The notes beneath the pieces were generated by a model. That model did no database searches and was not told the DNA's origin. It was given only the letters and a program-made list of their open reading frames with translations. Below, piece by piece: positions 18,544 through 28,597 of a stretch of 64,000 nucleotides of DNA (position 1 is the stretch's first letter; each line of letters starts with the position of its first letter). The DNA lies in contig CBDCTZ010000009.1 in the NCBI GenBank assembly GCA_965222375.1, forward strand, positions 32,001 to 96,000. Direction: 5' to 3'. Source of the stretch: Polyangiaceae bacterium (lineage in GTDB: Bacteria > Myxococcota_A > Polyangia > Polyangiales > Polyangiaceae). A program made the translations under genes and the position numbers.

Positions 18544-19788
18544 GTGATGGCCACGGCTTGCTGGGCGCTTGCCACCACCGTGACCGCTGGCTTCCAACCC
18601 GATGCATTTAGAGAACTCGCCAAAAGCGTCCCTCCGCTGACCCAAGCCACTTCGGCTCGGCCGTCGAGGCCTCGGGCAACCGCTGGCGCGGCGGCCAGGG
18701 CGCTTGCCGGGAAGGGTGACTGGGGAGCGCTCCAGGTACTTCCGCTGAGGATGGTCGTGCGCAGGCGGTCATCCGAGCCGCGGAACGCGAGCAAGACATC
18801 GCCGCCGCTGAGCGCCGCCAGCGCGGGTGTGCCGACGCTCGCGATGCTGCCGGTGACCAGCGCTGGCGCGGACCAGCTCGTGCCGCTGCCTTGAGTCCAA
18901 TACAGTTGCTTGGTGGTGGCGTGGGTGTAGACGGCGACGAATTGCTGCCCGGCGCCCTGTCGCGCCGTGATTGCCGGCGAGACGGTCTTGTCCGCCGCGG
19001 CCCCACTCGAGTGCCCGAACGCCGCTTGGAAGCTGCTGCCCTGGGAAAGCTGAGTGTACAGATTGCCGTCATCACCGATGTACGCGACGCTTTCCTGGTT
19101 GGGCAAAGCCGCCACGCTCGGCGCACTGGGACCGAAGCTATGCACTCCGCCGCCCAGCACCGGAGCGAACCCCTGCCAACTGCCGCCATATCGATTGACG
19201 TAGTATTTGAAGTCGGAACCCAGGAACGCCAGGGTCGTGCTCGATGCGGTCGCCAGGGCAGGGGGAGCCCAGGGTCAAACCCGCCGTGCCGACCGGCGAT
19301 AGTGCGCTCAGCGCGCCGGTGGATGCGTTCCACGTGGCGAAGCGCAGCTCATTCTGAACGCTGTCCCGTACCACCAACACGGCGCCCGCCGCGGTTTCGG
19401 CCAATGCCGGCCGGTCCAGTATCGACGTTGCAACGGTCTTCGTGGAAAACGGGCCCGCCACGCCGCGAGTCGACAGCACGATGCCCGTGCTGCTCCGGCT
19501 CACGATCACCACCTGACCGGTGGTGCCGCTGTCCCCAGCGGCGTCGGCATCGCCGCTGGCATCCGCAGGCCCATCCGCGCTCACATCCCTGCTCGCGTCC
19601 CCGGAGCTGTCGCTGGCGGCATCGAGCTGGCCACCATTGCCGCCGGTGCCGCTACTTCCGCTGCTTCCCCCGGCAGCATCAGCGAAGCCCCCGGGGGGCC
19701 TACGCTGCGGGTCTTCCTCGCTGGTCGCACACGCGGCGGCTAACAACCCCAGAGAGAGGAGGGCTCGAGTCGTCCTAGAAGCGCTCAT
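18528..19788 (-). CDS. Lipoprotein with repeated beta-rich blades (PAL/PAI motifs); apparent frameshift near 19261-19265
   Basis: Lipobox LAAAC. Removing one base from the G5 run joins 19138..19788 to 18528..19160 as GSPALATASSTTLAFLGSDFKYY...GGVHSFG. Confidence 0.7.
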
Positions 19789-19836
19789 CGCCTCGATAGC
19801 CTAGCGCGAACGCGGGGCGGCGTGCGCGGAGGGGGT

Positions 19837-20710
19837 TCAGCGGTAGAAGTTGTGCACGATCCAGCTGCGCCCGTCCTGAGTCACGTGAATGCCGCAAGCC
19901 ACACTTCGGTAGCCCGGGTCCATCATGTTGCGGTAGTGGCCGTGGGCGGGCCCCCTCGCCGGGCCCCTCGTCGAACATGGCTTTGGCGCAGCTGTCCACG
20001 ACCTGGTCCAGACTGCCTTGCCAGCCCGGGCATTCGTTCTGGGCGGATTCTTGGCACTGGCCGAAGGCGCCGTGGGGCTTGTTGCTGGCGGCGTCGCTGG
20101 CCGCGGCGCTATTCGCGCAGCTCACGCGGTCGGTTCGCGGGCTGAGGGCAGCTGCGCCACGCGTGGCTCGGTATTGGTTGATGCGATCGACGCAGCGCTT
20201 CCGCGCCGCGGCATGGGGATCACCAGCTGGGGGTGGAGGGGTGGTCGCAGGTGGAGGTGCGGTGGTTGGGGGTGGCGCGGTGGCCGGCGGAGGTGTGGGC
20301 GGCGCCGTGGCTTGGCCCCGCGGCATACAAGACGGGCCCATGGGCGTGGTGAAGCAGCCGGCCCCGGCTTTACAGTCGGCGTCTGTCCGGCAACCACCGC
20401 AGCGGCCCCCGAGGCAGCGCCCGAAGGGACACTGCAGGTCGTTGTCGGTCGCACAGGGCAAGCCGCCAATGGGCGGGGGAGGTTGAGCGGCTGTCGGAGC
20501 CGGTGGCGACGCTGTGGGTGGGGGTTGGCCCGTGGTGGGCCCTGGGGCCTGTGGGACCGGTGCCGGAGCCGGTGGGGGAGGCGAAGCCCCAGGCATGGTC
20601 CCGGTGGGTGGCGGGCCGGGGTAGAGGGGCTCTCCGGATTCCTCACGTTTACAGGCCACCGCCAGCAGTATGGCGATGGCAGCTACCCAGCACACCCGTC
20701 GGAAACCCAT
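19837..20710 (-). CDS. Lipoprotein with Pro-rich linkers, Cys-rich module and CAP/SCP domain; apparent frameshift near 19951-19955
   Basis: LAVAC; CVDRINQYRA. Removing one base from the C5 run restores EGPAHGHYRNMMDPGYRSVACGI...VHNFYR*. Confidence 0.78.
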
Positions 20711-20833
20711 TTTCTTACCGATCCTTCGGATATCGCTCCAGAGCCACGTTGTCGAGGCATTCTTGCCCTCCGCGACCCGAGATCACTCTCCGCGGCCGCA
20801 GTGTTATATGGTCCCCCACCACGGAGGTAGCAG

Positions 20834-21391
20834 ATGATCGACGAGGTGCTCAGTGACCTCGCTTCGGCGGCGGAAAAAGCGAAAGAAGCTCTGAAGCGAG
20901 AACTCAGCAAGCTGCGGACGGGTAGAGCGCACGCGGGCATGCTGGATTCGATTCGCGTCGATTACTACGGCCAGGTGACGCCGATTTCTCAGATGGCCTC
21001 GGTCGGCGTGCCCGAACCCCGCATGTTGACCGTGAAGCCTTGGGACAAGTCTCAGGTCACCCTAATCGAGAAGGCTCTGCGTGAGAGCGATCTTGGAATC
21101 AACCCACAGGTCGATGGGGAGCTCATCCGAGTGCCCGTACCGCCTTTGAGTGAAGAGCGGCGCAAAGACTTGGTGAAAGTCGCGAAGAAGCAGGGGGAAG
21201 AATGCAAGATCGCGATCCGTAAGGCGAGGCACGATTGCCTCGATATGCTCAATGAAATGAAACAGGGCGGCGACGCGAGCGAGGACGAAGTCGACCGCGC
21301 CAAGAAGAAGGCCGAGGAGACCGTCTCCAAGGCGGGGCAGGATGTGGACCAGATCATCTCCGCCAAAGAAAAGGACATCTTGGCGGTTTGA
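20834..21391 (+). CDS. frr: Ribosome recycling factor
   Basis: LRTGRA, VDYYG, PWDK, PPLSEERRK; 185 aa; GGAGG RBS. Confidence 0.98.
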   Translation: MIDEVLSDLASAAEKAKEALKRELSKLRTGRAHAGMLDSIRVDYYGQVTPISQMASVGVPEPRMLTVKPWDKSQVTLIEKALRESDLGINPQVDGELIRVPVPPLSEERRKDLVKVAKKQGEECKIAIRKARHDCLDMLNEMKQGGDASEDEVDRAKKKAEETVSKAGQDVDQIISAKEKDILAV

Positions 21392-21512
21392 TGCTGGCAC
21401 GGACGCTTGAAGTGCCCGCCGAATTTGCCTTTGGTTTTGAATGCTTGACAGCGCAGGGGAAGTGCGGAGACATTTTCTTGAGGCAGTCTGCCTAGGAGCG
21501 GCTCGATAACAC

Positions 21513-22376
21513 ATGGCTAAATTGCGTGCAGCGGCGGCCGGCATCAGTGACGTCGGCCTTCAGCGCGATCACAACGAGGATAGTTTTGCGATCCTCAAGG
21601 ATCACGAGCTGTACATCGTTGCTGACGGCATGGGCGGACACCGTGCTGGCGACGTGGCCAGCCGGCTAGCCACGGACGCGATGGTCGACTTCTTCCGCGC
21701 TACCGCCGCCGACGACGTGACCTGGCCTTTTCACTTCGACGCTCGGCTCTCGGAGGAAGAAAACCGCCTGCTGACCGCCATTCGTATCGCCAATCGGCAG
21801 ATCATCGAGCGCAGTCTGCGCTCTCGTGAATGCCACGGCATGGGTACGACCATCGTCGGTGCGCTGTTTGCTCCAGAGAAGCGCACGATGTTCATTGGTC
21901 ACGTGGGCGACAGCCGCGCGTATCGCATCCGGGAGGGCGCCATCAATCAGCTCACCCGAGACCATTCCTTGGTGAACGACTACCTGTTGGCGATGCCGGA
22001 GCTATCGGAAGAGCAGCGTAGCGAGCTGCCCAAGAACGTCATCACTCGCGCATTGGGCATGCAGGACCACGTGACAGTGGACCTACAGAGCGATACGGCA
22101 GAAGAAGGCGATCTCTACGTGCTCTGCTCGGATGGTCTGTCCGGGATGATCGATGACGAAGAGCTGCTGGACGTCGTTGGTGGCGCCGACGACCTAGCCG
22201 ACGCCTGCACGCGACTCGTGGCCATGGCCAACGAACATGGCGGTGAGGACAACATCACCGCGGTGGTGGTGCGCATTGACGAGAGCCCTCTGACCGCGGG
22301 CACGGACCTGCGCGACGCCGCGACCGAGCCCGCCGAAGCCTTCAAGCCCGTTGCCCCGAAGAAGTCGGAAAAGTAG
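21513..22376 (+). CDS. PP2C-family (Stp1/PrpC-like) Ser/Thr phosphatase
   Basis: RDHNED, VADGMGGH, GTT, HVGDSRAY, LCSDGL, GGEDNIT. Confidence 0.96.
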   Translation: MAKLRAAAAGISDVGLQRDHNEDSFAILKDHELYIVADGMGGHRAGDVASRLATDAMVDFFRATAADDVTWPFHFDARLSEEENRLLTAIRIANRQIIERSLRSRECHGMGTTIVGALFAPEKRTMFIGHVGDSRAYRIREGAINQLTRDHSLVNDYLLAMPELSEEQRSELPKNVITRALGMQDHVTVDLQSDTAEEGDLYVLCSDGLSGMIDDEELLDVVGGADDLADACTRLVAMANEHGGEDNITAVVVRIDESPLTAGTDLRDAATEPAEAFKPVAPKKSEK

Positions 22377-22381
22377 CGGGC

Positions 22382-22954
22382 TTACTCTTCGCAGTTCTCG
22401 AAGACGAAGAACCCCTCGCCTTCACAGAAGAGCGTGGGCTGCTGGGAAGCCGTCAGCGCTGGGCAAACGAACTTTGCCCAGATGCGGCCCGATGCGACCT
22501 GCAAGGGCGCATCTTCCACGCTGATCGTGCAGGGCGTGGCTTGGTCGCTCTTGACGGTCTCGAGCACCGTCGGGTTGCGATGCAAGATGGTTGCGGTGCC
22601 GGTGCCAGCGGGCATCACGCTTCCGTTGACGCTGAAGGAGACACCTTTGTGGTTCGCGTTGCCATTGATGGAAAACCCATCGGCCGATTTGCGAACGTTG
22701 CAGCTCACGCTGGCGCCGCCTTCGCCGTCGACGACGCGGCTGCCCGGCTTGCTTGCGTCCGGAGGCGGGGAGCCGATGAACGCTTGGTGACCGCCGACCG
22801 TGCACTTTTTGCCGGCGGGTGTCACCGATGATGGTGCCGAGTGAACACTCATGTTCACTCCGCCCTGGGGCGGTGGCGGAACCGGATCGCTACAACCAAG
22901 TGTTCCCAGCAGGCCCGCGCCCGCCGCTACAGTAAGAATGCCCTTAAGCGTCAT
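22382..22954 (-). CDS. Hypothetical lipoprotein
   Basis: Lipobox TLGC; Cys-containing beta-rich body. Confidence 0.8.
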   Translation of the reverse strand: MTLKGILTVAAGAGLLGTLGCSDPVPPPPQGGVNMSVHSAPSSVTPAGKKCTVGGHQAFIGSPPPDASKPGSRVVDGEGGASVSCNVRKSADGFSINGNANHKGVSFSVNGSVMPAGTGTATILHRNPTVLETVKSDQATPCTISVEDAPLQVASGRIWAKFVCPALTASQQPTLFCEGEGFFVFENCEE

Positions 22955-23129
22955 GCTCCACCGACCTCTCAGCAAACGACTGGGTCTTTCTTAGCTGCAA
23001 ACGCCGAAAAGCGCCACGCCATCCGAAAAAGGCGTAGCTTTTTCCAGTGCATTTCCGGGGGTCTGTAGTCCCCGCGCGTTCGGCTCGCCTGGCGCTGGGC
23101 CGCGCTAGCGGCCGGTCCTACGAGTGAAA

Positions 23130-23150
23130 ATGGGGTGAGTGACGGGAATT
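23130..23150 (+). repeat. att core, left copy (duplicated tRNA-His 3' end)
   Basis: ATGGGGTGAGTGACGGGAATT, identical to 44215-44235. Confidence 0.95.
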
Positions 23151-23446
23151 CACCCGATCCTGAATGGCTACGAAGACTTAGCTCAGCAAATTGTCCAGAG
23201 AATGGCTACGAGGCCCTCGCAGCGAGGCTGCTCGAAGCAACAACGGAGGGTGATCCACGAGCGGAAGCCTTGGCCGAGGCTCTCGCAGACGTCGTTCTCA
23301 GCGCTGAGCCTCTGCGACTAGCCCGAGCCGTGCTGGCGGGTGGGCCCCACATGCTCGATCGAGCCCTGGAGCTTGCGGCGCTGGTTCTGCCGTCAGCGCA
23401 GACCGCGACGATCCGTGCTCGGAAGCAACCAAAGGGGGCCAAGTGA
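23135..23446 (+). pseudogene. Displaced C-terminal fragment of the integrase gene
   Basis: Starts inside the att core with VSDGN, the same residues that end the integrase ORF; in frame with int after circularisation. Confidence 0.8.
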
Positions 23447-23581
23447 CTCTCTCCGGCCATCCGAGACACCCCCGCCCCCACGCTGTCGGGTTGGGCTGGT
23501 CGAGGCCTGAGCGCCTTGTCGTCCTTCGCCAGACGCGCGCCCGGGTCGAAACAACCAGTATTCCCGCGTTTTGCACCCAGC

Positions 23582-23673
23582 TTGGTGTGAGCGTGGTGCT
23601 GGGTTGGTCACGAGTTTTGCGTCGTTTGGTGCACCAAACCCGGCACCAAAGCGCGCACCAAACCCTCACCAAG
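23582..23673. promoter_or_regulatory. Array of GCACCAAA direct and inverted motifs
   Basis: Palindrome TTTGGTGCACCAAA at 23625-23638; GCACCAAA at 23631, 23643, 23655; TCACCAAG at 23666; TGGT copies at 23582-23610. Confidence 0.5.
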
Positions 23674-23720
23674 AACACGGCCCGGACCGCACCAAGGCTC
23701 CGAAAGAAAGGCGGAACGCC

Positions 23721-24176
23721 ATGAACCCAGACACGATTCGAAAGCTCCTGACTGCCGTCCTCTCGTTCCGAGAGCCCTGCACCTCCGAGCAACTCGCGCT
23801 CGAGGTGTACGCGCATTCCAAGGCCTGGAAACGGTCCCGGAAGATCGTTGCGTCCGCCGCTGGCGTTGCGGGCCGCCTGCGGGCACGGGGGCTGCTGCGC
23901 CGCACGGGTGATGGGCGCTGGTACGTCTCTGAGGCCGGGCAAGCCTATCTAGCGCAGGTTCCGGACCCGTCCTCAGAAGGCGCCGTTACTCGCTCGCGTG
24001 CGCCGGTGTCTGCCCTGGCGCGGCGCCAGGACCGTGCGTCTGCACCGCAGCTTGCGTCGCCGATGTGGGTTCCGTGGACCGCCGCGCCGGGCGGATTTCT
24101 CTGGTTCGACGGGCAGACCTGGTGGTGGCCGGACGGCTACGGCGGCTGGTGGCCTTGGGCGACTTCGGCGTCATGA
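23721..24176 (+). CDS. Hypothetical protein, possible winged-helix N-terminus and Trp-rich tail
   Basis: RLRARGLLRRTGDGRWYVSEAG resembles a wHTH wing; purine-rich RBS. Confidence 0.6.
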   Translation: MNPDTIRKLLTAVLSFREPCTSEQLALEVYAHSKAWKRSRKIVASAAGVAGRLRARGLLRRTGDGRWYVSEAGQAYLAQVPDPSSEGAVTRSRAPVSALARRQDRASAPQLASPMWVPWTAAPGGFLWFDGQTWWWPDGYGGWWPWATSAS

Positions 24177-24227
24177 GCGGCGCGCGCAAGTGGTTTTCGA
24201 GGGGGGAGAAATCAAGGAGATACTGAA

Positions 24228-24638
24228 ATGGAACGACTGAACACGACTTTCGACGATCTACTCAACCACCGTGTTGGCGCGGGCCTCGCGTGCGCTCCGG
24301 AGTGGGGGCCGGATGAGGAGGACGACATCGAAGATGAAGACTGCGACGAAGAGAGCGACGAACTCGGAGACGAGGACGAAGAAGACCTCGAGGAACGGAT
24401 CGGCGACGATCTAGAAGACGATTCCGAAGGCGACGAACAGAGCGATGACGAGGACGAGGACGACGAATACGACGAATACGACGAAGAGATCGACGACGAG
24501 AACGAGGACGACGAATACGACGAAGTGATCGACGAAGACGCACTGGCCACCGACGATGACGACGACCTGGACAGCGATGACCCAGAAGGTGATCGGGGCC
24601 GCGAAGAAAGTAACGGAGAGGAGGTCGAACGCTGCTGA
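24228..24638 (+). CDS. Extremely acidic small protein
   Basis: AAGGAG RBS; about 74 of 136 residues are D or E by manual count. Confidence 0.7.
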   Translation: MERLNTTFDDLLNHRVGAGLACAPEWGPDEEDDIEDEDCDEESDELGDEDEEDLEERIGDDLEDDSEGDEQSDDEDEDDEYDEYDEEIDDENEDDEYDEVIDEDALATDDDDDLDSDDPEGDRGREESNGEEVERC

Positions 24639-25056
24639 TGGCGAGCTGAGCGCCTCTGTCGGCGTTCGCTTCGCTCCAACGGCGTCCACCGGGTCTTGAC
24701 GGTGGGCGCCCGAGCGAGCGATACCGCGCCGGGGGAGCGCGGCACCCAGGTGGCGGCGACTCTTCTCCCTGATCGAAACTGCGAAGCTCCTGGTCGTCGA
24801 CCTCTCCGCCTACTCGCACGATGCCGCGCGCGCCCGCGAGCGCGGCGAAGTGCTGCTCCCGCCCGAGTTCGCGCGGGCTCGAGCGGCGGAATAGGCCCAA
24901 TCCCCCGCAACCGAAAGCGCCCCGGCCGTCAACACGGGGCAGGGAGAGCACTCACGCTCGATGACTGGCGAGGGCTTGTCTCTCTGGCAACGTGATCAAA
25001 GCGCGATGTGAATGTCTTTGGGTTTGGGGTCGGTTCGATGTGGCGTACCTGGGGCG

Positions 25057-26073
25057 CTACTCTCGCCCTTCCCCGCGCGGTGCGTCAGCGCAGCGGGCGG
25101 TGCGGCCGCTCGCTGCAATGTCGCTGTTCGCCAGTCCCGCGGCGACGACGCTGCATCGCCGCAGGAGTGCACCATCCAGCAACCGCGGAAGCTCTTGCAC
25201 GCTGGGGCGAGCACGAGGGTCGATTGCCAACATGCGACCGAGCAGCACCGCGAGCGAGCCCGCTGCTGCCAGGTCCAACGTCCGCGTACCGTCGTAGAAG
25301 TGTCCATACACCTCATAGTTCGGGAAGAGCGGGCTGCCCGTGACCAGTTCGTAGAGGATGGCCCCGAGGCCAAACACGACAGCCTTGGAACCCACGGGGT
25401 CCTGCGATCCGATTTCTGGTGCATGATAACGTGGGCGCGCTATCCAAGCCCCGGTCACATACCCCGCTCCAAGGCAGTCTCCCTTGAAGTCCTCCAACTT
25501 GGTCGCGCCGTCTGCGCCGATGAAAACATCGTCGGGTGAGATCCCCCTTGGTGCCAGGCCGTGTTGCTCCAGCACGTCCGTGGCTCTGGCGACGGCTGTG
25601 ATGTGGGCGACGGCACGCGGAACGGGCATTGAGCGCCCCTGCGCAAGCCAGTCGCCCAGCCGTGCCAGCCCGCACCTTCCTCGAGCGACCCAAATCGAGC
25701 GCGGTATTCGCAGCGCACCCGCTGCATGCACTTGCACTAGATTCGGGTGCAGCACGGCTCGTCGCGCGCCAGCGAAGCCTCGGACCCGTTCGTCCGAGGA
25801 CGAACCGAGGCTCAGACCCATGTACGTGAGTATCAACTCGACGAGACGTGTCGAGTCCTTCCGCCGCGCGAGATAGACTTCACTGACGTACACGTCGTCG
25901 AAGCCCACGAACTGCCGGATGATGTACGGTCCCACTTCGGCACCCGGCCCAAAGTGGGGCTCCCGAACGTCCCACCGCAAGCGGGCGAGCGCCTCGTCCA
26001 TGATCTCATCCATCGAGCTCGGTAGATCGGGATCTTTCACTTGCTGCCTGGCCTTCCCAGCCGGCTTGTCCAT
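25057..26073 (-). CDS. Ser/Thr kinase-like protein, probable pseudokinase
   Basis: HPNLVQV, YHAPE, VFGLGAILYELVTG, RP present; HRD, VAIK and DFG replaced. Confidence 0.75.
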   Translation of the reverse strand: MDKPAGKARQQVKDPDLPSSMDEIMDEALARLRWDVREPHFGPGAEVGPYIIRQFVGFDDVYVSEVYLARRKDSTRLVELILTYMGLSLGSSSDERVRGFAGARRAVLHPNLVQVHAAGALRIPRSIWVARGRCGLARLGDWLAQGRSMPVPRAVAHITAVARATDVLEQHGLAPRGISPDDVFIGADGATKLEDFKGDCLGAGYVTGAWIARPRYHAPEIGSQDPVGSKAVVFGLGAILYELVTGSPLFPNYEVYGHFYDGTRTLDLAAAGSLAVLLGRMLAIDPRARPSVQELPRLLDGALLRRCSVVAAGLANSDIAASGRTARCADAPRGEGRE

Positions 26074-26128
26074 CGCGATTTGGCCGCGATGGACAACGCC
26101 AGTCTCTCGTCCCGCGCGCGAGTGTACC

Positions 26129-27195
26129 TCACTTCACCTCCACCACGTCCTGCGCCACGCCATCGATGCCGTCGTTGCTCCCCGCTTTGCCGCCCGCGCC
26201 CTTGGCGCCCAGAGCGCCGAGGGTGACCGCCGTTCCAGTGTCGACCACCGGCGCCATGGCAGCCGCGCCCTTCCACAACACCGCGACGCTCACCCCGCCC
26301 GCGGCGCCTCCGCCTGCTCCGCCGTCGGCCCCGGGGGCGCCAGCCCCACCCGGGCAAGCCGCACCGCCTCCATCAGTCCCCTTGAATCCGAATATCGGCT
26401 GCCCCGCTTGCCCCACCACGCCATCGCCCCCTTTGCCTGCGTCGCTGGTGGTGAGCGTCACGCTGGCGTCCAGCGTCAGCGGTGTGTCGAGCAAGAGCAA
26501 CGCGATGCTCGCGCCTCCGCCTTGGCCTCCGGGGCCACCCGCTCCGCCACAGCCCCCCGCGCCGCCGCCTCCTCCGCCGAAGCTCGCGTCGCTGGCTCCT
26601 CCGCCGCCGCCCTGACCCGGCGAACCCATGGCGCCATCCGCGCCGCTCGCTGGCGCCCAGCCGGTGGAGGACAGCGTGCCTAGCGTGGTCGCGCCTGCGG
26701 CGGCGGGCGTGGCGGGGGGGGAGGCGCCGTCTTCTCCTGTCCCCGTACCAAGACACGAGCCGGGAGTTCCGCCTTTTCCCGCGCTGTGATCGGGTCCACC
26801 CACAGTCCCAGCCTGACCGCTTGGCATGATGCCATCCCCACCCTTGCCCCCAATCGTCGTCATCCCGCCGGGACAGTTCCACGTCTTCAGCTTCCCCCCG
26901 TCGCCCCACTGGCATCATTGCCATTGAGGTCGGCCTGCTTCGGATAGGTAAACGGCGCCAGCGTGCCCTTGGCGCCATCCGCGCCCTTGCCGGCCTTCAA
27001 GTCCACCCGCTTCAGCGTCACCCCCCCCCGAACCCTTCGCAAACAGCGCGATGCTCGAAGCCCCCGCCGTGGTCGCGTCCCGCGCTTCGATGATGACGTC
27101 CTCGGCGTGAAAGCCGATAGCCCCATCCAACGACAGCGCTACGCCCTCCGCACTCGGAGCCAGCCTCGTCTTAGTTCGTCCGTCGGGCTCGAGCG
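26129..27195 (-). pseudogene. 5'-truncated Gly-rich (PGRS-like) surface protein fragment with two frameshifts
   Basis: Three reading-frame segments join at C-runs near 26894-26899 and 27021-27029; an in-frame stop lies upstream and there is no signal peptide. Confidence 0.65.
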
Positions 27196-27449
27196 CTCAA
27201 GGGAAACGGGCTCTCGCTGCATCAGCCTGCTCCAAGAGCAAGGCCTGGACCGTGGTCAAGCCAATCGAGATTGCGCGACGTGCGACTAGCCTTGCTCAAC
27301 AGGGGCGTGGGGTTGCCTGACGATCCAAGCCAGCAGTCGTGATCAGCCCTGGGGTCAACGCCGTCCCAAGGCCTCCAGTCAAGCGGGAAGCGTGATCGTC
27401 GACCTGCGCACCCAGGACTGCCTGGTCGGCGTCCCACCGCCCTCCGAGG

Positions 27450-27800
27450 TCAGTTCAGAACCGTCGGCCGAAACACATCCACCGGCACGGGCTCCATCTG
27501 GCCGTGGGCCCAGTCCGTCGCCTGCCAGTTGTCGATCATCGCTTCGTCGCCACGGCACACGGGGCAGTGGGCGTGGATCCGATCGTCAGCCGTCTTGATC
27601 ACCCACACGAGGCCCAAGCAAGGTCTTCGCTTCGGCCGCTTCGAGCACGGCAGCGTCGTCTCCCTCGCGTGCAGCCTGGGCAACGTCCCACCTGCCTCGA
27701 TGAACTGCACGACCCGAAGGATCTGCTTCCGCAGCCGCCGATCTTCGGTTGGGAGCGAACCGTCCTCGTTGAGCCAATGCCACGGATCCACCACGAGCAT
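27450..27800 (-). CDS. Hypothetical protein with possible Zn-binding Cys motifs
   Basis: PCSKRPKRRPCLG...HCPVC; coding-like codon usage. Confidence 0.7.
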   Translation of the reverse strand: MLVVDPWHWLNEDGSLPTEDRRLRKQILRVVQFIEAGGTLPRLHARETTLPCSKRPKRRPCLGLVWVIKTADDRIHAHCPVCRGDEAMIDNWQATDWAHGQMEPVPVDVFRPTVLN

Positions 27801-27865
27801 GGCGGCGGAGTGTAGCCGAAGACGAGGCGATGATCTCCGCTCGCTGAACGGGTACCTTATCGCCC

Positions 27866-28261
27866 ATGTCCGACCGCGAAATCCCCCGCGAGTACCGGGG
27901 CTGGTGGCGAATCATCGAGACCTCGACTTGGGACGATCGCGGCCTCGACATCATCGGCCCGGCACTGCTCTCGATCACCGGCTACGACGACCGCCTTCGC
28001 ATGCACTGCCTCCTCGCCTACGTGAACTGCCGTGCCACGAAGACTGGGGTATCGTTCAGCTGGGAGGGTGCCTGGGAGTACGACCAGGTGACCGGGAGTG
28101 GCAGTGTGCGACTCCGCAAGGACGGCACCCTGAGCGGCAAGCTCCGCATCAAGAACGGCGACAGCAGCAACTTCATCGCCGAGCGGGCCGAGGAGCCCGA
28201 CGACCCGATCCCGAGTCCTCCGAGCTACCGTGAGAAGTGGGGTGGCCGGCGACGATGGTGA
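27866..28261 (+). CDS. Hypothetical small beta-rich protein
   Basis: GWWRIIET...FSWEG...GSGSV; strong GC3 bias. Confidence 0.75.
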   Translation: MSDREIPREYRGWWRIIETSTWDDRGLDIIGPALLSITGYDDRLRMHCLLAYVNCRATKTGVSFSWEGAWEYDQVTGSGSVRLRKDGTLSGKLRIKNGDSSNFIAERAEEPDDPIPSPPSYREKWGGRRRW

Positions 28262-28282
28262 CCGTTGCGAGAGCTGCGAGCC

Positions 28283-28597
28283 CTACCTGAGCAGCTTGGA
28301 CAGCGCCGAGCGGCGCATGGTGATGAAGGGGACCCCACCCGGCTTGGCGGTCGGCATCAGGAAGGTCCCTCGGTCGAGCTTCTTCATGAGCGTCCGATCG
28401 CCATCCTCGTCCACGAGGTAGAGAAGGAGCGTGTCCTGCTTCTTGTTCGTGAACAAGAACGCCGTGTCGGTTTTCGGCTCCGAGCCGAGCATGTCGGTGC
28501 AGAACGACCGGAGCTTCGTTGCCCCCCACCGCATGTTGACCGGCTTCGGGTAGACGAGCACCTTGTTGATTTGCGGGGGGATGAAAAGGTCGAGCAT
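28283..28597 (-). CDS. tnpB: IS66-family accessory protein TnpB (Orf2)-like, orphan
   Basis: PVNMRWG, FLFTNKKQD, KKLDRGTF match IS66 Orf2 motifs (DMRKG, FLF.N, KRLE.G.F). This is not the IS200/605 nuclease TnpB. Confidence 0.8.
   Translation of the reverse strand: MLDLFIPPQINKVLVYPKPVNMRWGATKLRSFCTDMLGSEPKTDTAFLFTNKKQDTLLLYLVDEDGDRTLMKKLDRGTFLMPTAKPGGVPFITMRRSALSKLLR

Noticed and set aside
9205..18645. Long antisense ORFs such as 9205..10515 and 17278..18645
   Set aside because: Typical high-GC shadows of well-supported genes on the other strand.
21394..21412. TGGCACG sigma54-like site upstream of PP2C
   Set aside because: No GC at the required 10-nt spacing.
23130..23200. Second tRNA-His gene
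   Set aside because: Only the 3' 20 nt are duplicated; no cloverleaf.
28283..28597. RNA-guided TnpB nuclease
   Set aside because: About 104 aa, IS66 Orf2 type, no RuvC motifs.
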